DNA from: Woeseiaceae bacterium
GTDB lineage: Bacteria; Pseudomonadota; Gammaproteobacteria; Steroidobacterales; Woeseiaceae
Direction: 5' to 3'
Assembly: GCA_035304285.1 (NCBI GenBank)
Contig: DATGQI010000036.1
Coordinates: forward strand, 4,446 to 68,445
DNA length: 64,000 nt
Of this stretch, positions 46,750-54,234 are shown one piece after another. Position 1 is the stretch's first letter. The number at the start of each line of letters is the position of its first letter. A program made the position numbers and the translations under genes. The notes beneath the pieces were generated by a model. It saw only the letters and a list, made by a program, of their open reading frames with translations, was not told where the DNA came from and did no database searches.

Positions 46750-49191
46750 ATGAGTAGCCAACGCGAGGTAGTGATCATTACCGGCATTGCCGGGGGGATC
46801 GGGTCCAGGGTCGCGTCAGCGCTGGAAGACGAATTCTGCGTAGTCGGAATGGACCTCGACTGCGAAGAGGACGAACGGAATTTCCCGGTGGACCTGAGTT
46901 CCGACGAGTCCGTCGACTCTGCCCTCCGGAAGATCCGTGAGCGTTTCGGCAAGCACCTTGCCTCTGTTGTTCATCTTGCCGCCTACTTCGATTTCTCGGG
47001 TGAGGACAACCCCCTGTACCAGGAGGTCAACGTTGATGGCACGCGCCGCCTGCTCGACGGGCTGCAGGGTTTCGAGGTCGAACAGTTGCTCTACTCGAGC
47101 ACGATGCTGGTCCACGAACCGACTGAGCCCGGTATTCCTGTCACCGAAGATTCGCCTCTCGGGCCGGCGTGGAAATACCCGCAGTCGAAACTAGAGACTG
47201 AAAGGATTATTGAGCGTCACCACGGCGGCATCCCGTACACGATGCTTCGCATCGCGGGCGTCTACGACGAGAACTGCAAGGTGCCGACGCTTGCGCACCA
47301 GATGCAACGGATCTACGAGCGGCGCTTGCAGGGCCACCTGTTTGCGGGCGACGTCACGACCGGACAGTCGTTCGTACACCGGGACGACGTGGTGGACGCC
47401 ATTTGCCTTGCCGTCCGCCGTCGTTCTCGCCTTGAGGAGACTCCCGCTCTCCTGATCGGTGAGCAAGGCGTGCTTAGCTACCAGGAATTGCAGAGCGAAC
47501 TTGCGCGGCTCATCCATGGCGAGAACTGGCTGACGAAATCGATTCCGAAACCGGTCGCCCGGGTGGGCGCATGGCTCCAGGAAAAGGGCGAGAAAGTTAT
47601 CCCGGATGCCATAGACCAGGGCAACGAGCCGTTCATCAAGCCCTTTATGATCTCCATGGCGGACGACCACTACGAACTCGATACCAGCCTTGCCCGCGAC
47701 AATCTCGGCTGGGCGCCGCGTCACTCCCTGCGCGACGAACTCCCGCTGATGGTCGACATGCTGAAGCGCGACCCGGAGGAATGGTATCGACGCAACAAGC
47801 TGGCACTCCCCGTATGGCTCATGAGCGATGAGATCGACGACGCCGAAATCGAGAACCTCCGCCAACAACACACGCAACTTAAACGCCGCGAGCACCGCGA
47901 CAATCTCTGGGCACACTTCCTGACGATTGCGCTCGGCGGATGGCTCATCACGGCCCCCCCAACGCTCGGCTACCAGTCGGCCGCTCTCGCCGCCAGCGAC
48001 ATCGCCTGCGGCGTCATGGTGATGCTGTTCGGCGCCTTATCCCTGTCGTGGCGGATGGCGTGGGCGCGGCTGGTAAACGGCGCTATCGGCGTCTATCTCC
48101 TGTTCGCTCCCTTGTTGTTCTGGGCACCCACGGCGGCCGCCTACCTGAATGCCACGCTGGTCGGGGCGCTCATCATTGCGTTCGCCATGGTGACGAGGCC
48201 ACCGATCGGCGTCAGCATGATTGCCCGACTCACAGGACCGGACGTGCCGCCGGGCTGGGAGTACTCCCCATCATCCTGGACGCAGCGCCTGCCGATCATC
48301 GCGCTGGCGTTCGTCGGGCTCTACTTCTCGCGATACCTGACGGCCTACCAGCTCGGGCACATCGGTGAGGCCTGGGACCCGTTCTTCGGCGACGGCACGG
48401 AGCGCATCATCACCTCGGATCTGTCGCGGGCATGGCCGGTGCCGGATGCCGGAGTCGGGGCCGTGACTTATATGCTGGAGATCCTCACCGGGCTTATCGG
48501 AAGCCGGCGTCGCTGGCGGACGATGCCATGGATGGTGCTGCTATTCGGGTTCATGATCGTACCGCTCGGTGTCGTCAGTATCTTTTTCATAATCATCCAG
48601 CCCATCGCCATCGGAACCTGGTGCACGCTCTGCCTTCTCGGCGCAGCGGCCATGGTGGTGCAGATTCCGTACTCGCTGGATGAACTCGTCGCTACCTGCC
48701 AGTTCCTCGGCCAGCGGCGCAGGCAAGGACAACCGCTGTGGCCGGTGCTTTTGCACGGGGACACCGCGGCTGGCGGCAAGGAAGAGCCTCAGGACAGTTT
48801 CGAGCAGTCCCCGCGGGAGATCAACCGCGAGATGTGGGGAGGAGGCGTGAATCTTCCCTGGACTCTGGCAGCCAGCATTGCCATCGGGATATGGCTCATG
48901 GGCACCCGGTTGGTCTTTGGCACCGAGGGCGCTATGGCCAACAGCGACCACCTCATCGGCGCACTGGTAGTAACGGTGTCCGTGGCGGCACTGGCCGAAA
49001 TTGGACGCGCCGCACGCTATCTCAACGTGTTGTTCGGCGCTGCGTTGATAGTCGTTCCGTGGATACTCGATGGCGGCAGTTTGCTGGCCGATATCGCGAG
49101 CGTAATAGCCGGCTTGTTGTTGATCCTTTTTGCCCTGCCGCGTGGCAGTGTACGCCACAGCTACGGAAGCTGGGATCGCTTCATATTCTGA
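46750..49191 (+). CDS. fusion protein: NAD(P)-dependent epimerase/SDR domain plus large polytopic membrane domain with VKOR-like CxxC
   Basis: Start at the internal Met (MSSQREVVIITGIAGGIGSRV, Rossmann TGxxGxxG). YPQSK catalytic motif. After about 400 aa there are many TM helices, including a ...GTWCTLCLLGA motif resembling the VKOR active-site helix. Confidence 0.65.
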   Translation: MSSQREVVIITGIAGGIGSRVASALEDEFCVVGMDLDCEEDERNFPVDLSSDESVDSALRKIRERFGKHLASVVHLAAYFDFSGEDNPLYQEVNVDGTRRLLDGLQGFEVEQLLYSSTMLVHEPTEPGIPVTEDSPLGPAWKYPQSKLETERIIERHHGGIPYTMLRIAGVYDENCKVPTLAHQMQRIYERRLQGHLFAGDVTTGQSFVHRDDVVDAICLAVRRRSRLEETPALLIGEQGVLSYQELQSELARLIHGENWLTKSIPKPVARVGAWLQEKGEKVIPDAIDQGNEPFIKPFMISMADDHYELDTSLARDNLGWAPRHSLRDELPLMVDMLKRDPEEWYRRNKLALPVWLMSDEIDDAEIENLRQQHTQLKRREHRDNLWAHFLTIALGGWLITAPPTLGYQSAALAASDIACGVMVMLFGALSLSWRMAWARLVNGAIGVYLLFAPLLFWAPTAAAYLNATLVGALIIAFAMVTRPPIGVSMIARLTGPDVPPGWEYSPSSWTQRLPIIALAFVGLYFSRYLTAYQLGHIGEAWDPFFGDGTERIITSDLSRAWPVPDAGVGAVTYMLEILTGLIGSRRRWRTMPWMVLLFGFMIVPLGVVSIFFIIIQPIAIGTWCTLCLLGAAAMVVQIPYSLDELVATCQFLGQRRRQGQPLWPVLLHGDTAAGGKEEPQDSFEQSPREINREMWGGGVNLPWTLAASIAIGIWLMGTRLVFGTEGAMANSDHLIGALVVTVSVAALAEIGRAARYLNVLFGAALIVVPWILDGGSLLADIASVIAGLLLILFALPRGSVRHSYGSWDRFIF

Positions 49192-49215
49192 CCAGATTAC
49201 GTGCGACGCGGTGCG

Positions 49216-49635
49216 CTAGTCCTCTTCGGCTCGCAGCATTTCATCGGCAATCTGCTCGGTGATCGGGTGGAACATGCCTAGCCCGCAGGAAGCTCCGGGA
49301 GCGAAACCGAAACCCCAGTCCTGGAGCACCGTTACCATATCGACGCTGCACAGGCTGCCCACCGACGAGCGGTACATCAAGGTATCGTTCCTTCGCAGTC
49401 CGGGACATCGGTGAGGAAGGTCGTTCCGGTAGACGGTATTGCCGCGCATGCGAAAGATGAGGGTATCGGCATCAACGATAACGATGTCATCTATATCGTT
49501 GATGCGGACGCAGTGCCTTGCTTCGAGATCGCGCTCCTCCGTCTCAGCCGCGTCCTCCTGCGCGAGGCTCCCGGTACCGCTGGCTGCGCCTGCCAGGATC
49601 AGGATGCCGAACAGTTTTACATAGTTCACTGACAA
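49216..49635 (-). CDS. small secreted Cys-containing hypothetical protein
   Basis: 139 aa. Signal peptide MSVNYVKLFGILILAGAASG. Four Cys in the mature part. No confident family. Confidence 0.5.
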   Translation of the reverse strand: MSVNYVKLFGILILAGAASGTGSLAQEDAAETEERDLEARHCVRINDIDDIVIVDADTLIFRMRGNTVYRNDLPHRCPGLRRNDTLMYRSSVGSLCSVDMVTVLQDWGFGFAPGASCGLGMFHPITEQIADEMLRAEED

Positions 49636-49779
49636 ATTCTCCTGTGCTTGCCGACTTGCGGTTCTCGCGGTGTAACAGCAGTTTTTTCAACGTTTATGTA
49701 ATTGTTACCAGGTACCGCTTTCCGACTGACAAGGGCTCGCGGAATTCCGGTTCGCCAGAACCTCAAGCAACGAAGAAGG

Positions 49780-50073
49780 TCATTCGAGATCGGCGTCCGG
49801 CACGCCTCCCTCCAGCTTGTCGCGGTCAATGCTTTCATCCACCGGCACCTGCACCCAGTTGCCCTGGTCATTCTTTTCGAACCTGCGCTGCACCTCCAGC
49901 ATTGCCGCTTCGTGAGCGGTTTCGTCCAACTCGGAGTCCGCTCTCTCGCCGCTCATCGCAGTGGTCTCCCATACCCTGCGATATACCGCAAGGTACATGC
50001 GCTGCGCGTTCTCCGGCAGCTTTCTCCGCAGGGACTGCGGAAGGTCGTCAAGTTCCTGATAAGGCTCGTGCAT
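49780..50073 (-). CDS. chaB: ChaB-family protein
   Basis: 97 aa. DLPQSLRRKLPENAQRMYLAVYRRVWE...ETAHEAAMLEV aligns with E. coli ChaB as I recall it (DLPESVKHVLPSHAQDIYKEAFNSAW...ETAHKVAWAAV). Confidence 0.8.
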   Translation of the reverse strand: MHEPYQELDDLPQSLRRKLPENAQRMYLAVYRRVWETTAMSGERADSELDETAHEAAMLEVQRRFEKNDQGNWVQVPVDESIDRDKLEGGVPDADLE

Positions 50074-50098
50074 GGCAATCCTTCAATTGCCATGAAGT

Positions 50099-50114
50099 TG
50101 CAAGTTGTGTGCCA
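50099..50114 (-). promoter_or_regulatory. sigma-54 promoter, perfect TGGCAC-N5-TTGCA
   Basis: The minus strand reads tggcacacaacttgca. 25 nt separate it from the chaB ATG at 50073, and AAGGA lies between them. Confidence 0.8.
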
Positions 50115-50152
50115 CGGCCTTCTCCAGGTGTTCCCGCCGATTCAACGAGCAC

Positions 50153-50168
50153 TGGCACGACGCTTGCA
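50153..50168 (+). promoter_or_regulatory. sigma-54 promoter, perfect TGGCAC-N5-TTGCA
   Basis: tggcacgacgcttgca, 68 nt upstream of the ATG at 50237. Confidence 0.8.
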
Positions 50169-50236
50169 GCGGAGATTGCGGCACTGAACGCACTATCAGG
50201 GTCCACAGCACTCCTCTATCCACTCCATACACCGGG

Positions 50237-50755
50237 ATGAAAAATCTCATGAATGAAGAAGACCTGAAGCACTTTACAGATATCCTGAAGACCTTCGATA
50301 CCGCGATGCTCGTGACGCAGCGTGGGCGAGAGCTGCGATCCCGACCAATGGAAATCGTGGACCGCACCGATGACGGTCGCATCTGGTTCCTGACAAGCAT
50401 TGACAGCGCAAAACTCGAGGAGCTTACGGAGAATCCGGATGTAAACGTCGCGATGCAGGACGACCCCAGGTTCCTTTCCGTCTCCGGCGCTGTCCGCGCG
50501 ACGCGTGACCGGGAGAAAGTGGACGAAGTATGGAAGGAGTCGTTCGATGCCTGGTTTCCTGAAGGACGTGACGATCCGACGGTCGTGCTCCTCGAGGTGG
50601 TCCCAACCTATGTCGAGTACTGGGACCGGTCCGGCGCCGGCGGATTGATGTCAATGTTCACTTCCGCGGGGGAGGCCGCTGAGGACAGTGACGCGCATGG
50701 CAAGGTGGACTTCCCCAAGTCCGAGAGCGAGCTGCCGCGCTCGGCACGTCACTAG
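50237..50755 (+). CDS. pyridoxamine 5'-phosphate oxidase-family protein (general stress protein 26-like)
   Basis: Start at the internal Met (MKNLMNEEDLKHF...). FDTAMLVT...RSRPM...DGRIWFLT...V.V...D...ylsvsG pattern is typical of the GSP26/PNPOx split-barrel. Confidence 0.7.
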   Translation: MKNLMNEEDLKHFTDILKTFDTAMLVTQRGRELRSRPMEIVDRTDDGRIWFLTSIDSAKLEELTENPDVNVAMQDDPRFLSVSGAVRATRDREKVDEVWKESFDAWFPEGRDDPTVVLLEVVPTYVEYWDRSGAGGLMSMFTSAGEAAEDSDAHGKVDFPKSESELPRSARH

Positions 50756-50784
50756 CAGCGCGAGAAACTGTCCGACGCTGGCGC

Positions 50785-51756
50785 CTATCGCTCTTCTGCC
50801 GGGAAGTGATCCGGCTTGACCACTACGACGTCGCAATGGACATCATCCAGGATTGCTTCAGCCGTACTGCCGATCAGTAGTCTTTCGACACGTCCACGCG
50901 ATACCGCGCCCGCGACAACAACATCGATTTCCAGCTGCATCACGAGTTCTTCCAGCGCCTCGCTGGTATTGCCCGACACCAGGTGCACATGGTCGCTGGA
51001 TATGCCCGCCGATTCGGCAAGTCTCCGCAGTTCGGTCCTGCGATGCTTTTCGAGTTCTCCGGCGAGTTCACTGCTGAGACGCATGACAGGCACCGCACCC
51101 TGATTAGTTGCGGAGGCAACAGGGGCAACCATGGCTCCTGGCCGGTACGCATGGAAAAGGTGTAGCGATCCGCCGAACAGGTTTACCAGGTCGCCAGCCA
51201 CCTCGACCAGCTTCCGGTCGAGCCCCGCCTTTTTCTCCTCGGGATGGGAAGGATCGACGGCCGCAATGATGCGAAGGCCGCTGCTCAGCGGATCCAGTAC
51301 TTTTTTACAAAGCCACAGGAGCTGCGGAGCCCGCCGGATCAACTCCCAGTCCGTTGCGCCGAAAAACAGCCGGTCAATCCTCCCGTGCCTTCTTGCCGAG
51401 CGGACGATGAGGTCGGCGCCGACCTCCCTCGCCTTCTCGAGAATCGCCTCATAGCGCGGAGAATGCCACTCGACATGGCAGGTCACCTGTCCACCCTCCT
51501 CGCGAAGCGGGGCTGCCTGCGACTCCAGCCAGTTCTGCAACTCCTGCATGTATTCAATGCGCGCTCTGGCAACGCTCTCGTTGTCGAAGAGCACGCCATC
51601 GGCCAACGATCCGGCGGAATCGCACACGAACAGGTCGACCGAAGCTCCGCTTGCTATAGCAAGCTGCCTGGCCCGGTCTATAGCGAGCAGGCCCGCGCCT
51701 CTCTCGATCCGGCGGTCGGGATTCACATCTGCGAGAATGCTCTTGATTTCAGCCAT
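50785..51756 (-). CDS. tandem universal stress protein (UspE-like)
   Basis: 323 aa with two Usp domains (ADLIVRSARRHGRIDRLFFGATDWELIR; IDVVVAGAVSRGRVERLLIGSTAEAILDDVHCDVVVVK). Starts 27 nt downstream of the activator gene. Confidence 0.75.
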   Translation of the reverse strand: MAEIKSILADVNPDRRIERGAGLLAIDRARQLAIASGASVDLFVCDSAGSLADGVLFDNESVARARIEYMQELQNWLESQAAPLREEGGQVTCHVEWHSPRYEAILEKAREVGADLIVRSARRHGRIDRLFFGATDWELIRRAPQLLWLCKKVLDPLSSGLRIIAAVDPSHPEEKKAGLDRKLVEVAGDLVNLFGGSLHLFHAYRPGAMVAPVASATNQGAVPVMRLSSELAGELEKHRRTELRRLAESAGISSDHVHLVSGNTSEALEELVMQLEIDVVVAGAVSRGRVERLLIGSTAEAILDDVHCDVVVVKPDHFPAEER

Positions 51757-51783
51757 GCGCAGCTCCTGGTAAAGACCGCCGCG

Positions 51784-53115
51784 TCATGCACTCTTGTACT
51801 GTTTCAGCCTGTTATAAAGAGTCTTCAAGCTAACGCCCAGAACCTCGGCTGTTTTCTTCTTGTCGCCGTCGTAATGTTCCAGCGTCGACAGAATCGTCCG
51901 TCGCTCGATCTCCGCGAGCGGCGTACCCACGTAAAGGCGGATAAAGTCGCCGTCGCCGGGGTTCGAGAAGGAAACCCTTCCTGGAAGGTCTTCCATCTTG
52001 ATCTCGCTGCCCGCCAGGAGATGGCTGTGCAGCACGGCGGTCTTGAGTTCCAGCACGTTGCCCGGCCAGTCATAGGCCTGCAGCGCCTTTCGCGCGCGGC
52101 TGCTGAAGGTCTTGTTCTGGCCTGTTGTGGCATTCTGTTCTTTCAGGAAATGATCTGCCAGCAGCAGAACGTCATCGTCGCGTTCGCGCAGTGCGGGTAC
52201 GCGTATAGGAAACTGCGCGAGACGATAGTAAAGGTCTTCACGCAGGCGGCCGCGCCCCACGGCCTCTTCCGGATCGATATTAGTCGCGGTGATGATGCGC
52301 GCGTCGACTGCGATGTCCTGCTCGCCTCCGACAGGCCTGATCTCGTTGGACTCCAACACCCTGAGCAGCTTCGCCTGCAGCCCGGCGTTCATTTCGGTGA
52401 TCTCATCGAGGAACAGCGTGCCCCCCGAGGCGCGCTGGAAGTAACCGCGGTGATCGCGCGTCGCTCCCGTGAAACTGCCCTTCTTGTGCCCGAACAATTC
52501 GCTTTCGAGAAGTCCCGGAGACAGGGCGCTGCAGTTCAGGGAAACGAAGTCATTGCCCGCACGGTCGCTCAGTTGGTGAATAGTGCGCGCCACCAGTTCT
52601 TTCCCGGAGCCACTTTCACCTGCGAGAAAGATGCTGGCGTCGCCCGGCGCGCATTTACGCAGCAACCGGTACAAGCGCTGCATGGCCTTGGATTCGCCAA
52701 CCAGCACATCGCCACGCGGCGAGGGTGTGCTGGCCGCCGGTGCGGTGGAAGACAGCTCCGTCGAAAGATCCCGCAGATTGCGCGCAAGCCGGTCCTTGTT
52801 GACCGGCTTGCGAAAGAAATCGGAAGCACCGATGCGTATCGCACGTGGCGTTATCCTTGGATTTGGCTGGTCGCTCATCAGGTAGATTTCCGTTACCGGC
52901 GTAAGGTTTATCGATTCGAGCAAACCCAGGGTGTCATCACCGGCAAGCTGCTCATTCAGGATCGCGATCTCGGGCGTATGGCGGAGCAGAGCCTCCCTTG
53001 CCTGCGGCAGGCTCTCGGCGGTCTCAGGCAAATACCCGCACTCCCGGAACACTTGCGACAGCGTTTGTGAATTTTCGACATCGTTGTCGACTATGAGTGC
53101 ATGCGGCACGAACAT
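51784..53115 (-). CDS. sigma-54-dependent transcriptional activator (NtrC family) with atypical receiver domain
   Basis: 443 aa. Receiver-like N-terminus. AAA+ sigma-54 interaction domain (GESGSGKE Walker A, GSFTGA loop, DWPGNVLEL). C-terminal Fis-type HTH (TAEVLGVSLKTLYNRLK). Confidence 0.9.
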   Translation of the reverse strand: MFVPHALIVDNDVENSQTLSQVFRECGYLPETAESLPQAREALLRHTPEIAILNEQLAGDDTLGLLESINLTPVTEIYLMSDQPNPRITPRAIRIGASDFFRKPVNKDRLARNLRDLSTELSSTAPAASTPSPRGDVLVGESKAMQRLYRLLRKCAPGDASIFLAGESGSGKELVARTIHQLSDRAGNDFVSLNCSALSPGLLESELFGHKKGSFTGATRDHRGYFQRASGGTLFLDEITEMNAGLQAKLLRVLESNEIRPVGGEQDIAVDARIITATNIDPEEAVGRGRLREDLYYRLAQFPIRVPALRERDDDVLLLADHFLKEQNATTGQNKTFSSRARKALQAYDWPGNVLELKTAVLHSHLLAGSEIKMEDLPGRVSFSNPGDGDFIRLYVGTPLAEIERRTILSTLEHYDGDKKKTAEVLGVSLKTLYNRLKQYKSA

Positions 53116-53191
53116 CGCTCCTTCAGTTACTCATGCTCTGCATCGGGCCGCCCCTTGTAGCGACGCGGCGCAACATTCTCAGAGCCTGCTG

Positions 53192-53815
53192 TCATTGCCT
53201 GAACTCGAGCCTGAACAGTTCGCGCAGCCTGGCGAGTTCCCCTATGGGATCTTCATGGGCATCCACGCGGAGGTCGACGTTTACGCTAACGATGTCGCCT
53301 TTCGCAGGTACTACGCTCAAGGCTGCAGCCTTGCGGCCACGCCGGTCTCCTCCCTTGAGGTCTCCGGCCTTCAAAGCTTCGAGGAGACGATCGTGAAGCA
53401 GCTCTTCGGTAGACTGTTCGAAGACTTCGACCATACTTTCCACAACTTCCTCGGTGGCCAGGTAATTGCCGGCGGCCACGCAACCGGACCCAAAAATATG
53501 ACGACTCGTCTCAGCGCAGTCCTTGCCTGTCCATCCGCTTTTTCTCCCTTTGGCGTCGATGGCTATCAGCTGCCGGGAATCTGCATCCGGATCCTTTTCC
53601 AGCGCCTGGGTCAGCGCCTCGTGCGGAGGGCTTCCTGCGTCCATCTTGTCCAGCACCCGCTGGCCCAGCGTCAGGTGGGCGTAGTGTTGAGTGTTGATTA
53701 CGCCGACCCCGATGCGGGAGTAGCTGACGGTTCCGCCGACGGCCAGCGAGTAGCTGGCTACCGCCGATCCGCAGGCACCGCTTGCGCTATCGAAAGCAAC
53801 GATGGAGAACGTCAT
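53192..53815 (-). CDS. DUF1028-family (Ntn-hydrolase fold) protein
   Basis: Start at the internal Met, giving MTFSIVAFDSASGACG..., the characteristic DUF1028 N-terminus with Thr2 as the putative nucleophile. Confidence 0.75.
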   Translation of the reverse strand: MTFSIVAFDSASGACGSAVASYSLAVGGTVSYSRIGVGVINTQHYAHLTLGQRVLDKMDAGSPPHEALTQALEKDPDADSRQLIAIDAKGRKSGWTGKDCAETSRHIFGSGCVAAGNYLATEEVVESMVEVFEQSTEELLHDRLLEALKAGDLKGGDRRGRKAAALSVVPAKGDIVSVNVDLRVDAHEDPIGELARLRELFRLEFRQ

Positions 53816-53957
53816 CGCGCGTTCGCCACCCAAAGCGGCTTGTGACCTTGCTACTTCTGCCACGGGCGAAAGTGCTCAACCCGTCCTCTCCACCCTCATG
53901 TGTTGTTCCTCGATGCCTTTCACGCACTATGAGCGCGTAAACCTGCTGTGCATCGCG

Positions 53958-53973
53958 ATGCAACAAGTGTGCC
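53958..53973 (-). promoter_or_regulatory. sigma-54 promoter, perfect TGGCAC-N5-TTGCA
   Basis: The minus strand reads tggcacacttgttgca, about 140 nt upstream of the DUF1028 start. Confidence 0.8.
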
Positions 53974-54234
53974 AGAGGGTTCCATACGGATACTGCGGCG
54001 CTTCTTCCCACAAGCGTTGCCTTGAATAAAGTGACTGCCGGAGCCAGCGCTCCATTCCACGCAGCTCCGGCATCGCCGGAATGAACGGTTGCAGCAGCCG
54101 GTCCCGCGGGCCATCGTTCACTTGAGCCCTCCGCAGCTGTCACCACGGTTGCAACAAGGAAAAAATTACAAAAAGCCGCAGGATTAGCGGGGAGAAACGA
54201 GTCAGCGGATGAGCGTCAACGGTGAGCCGGTTCG

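Noticed and set aside
51244-53070. 608-aa ORF on the plus strand
   Set aside because: It is antisense to the sigma-54 activator, whose Walker A, GAFTGA-like and HTH motifs validate the minus-strand frame. Shadow ORF.
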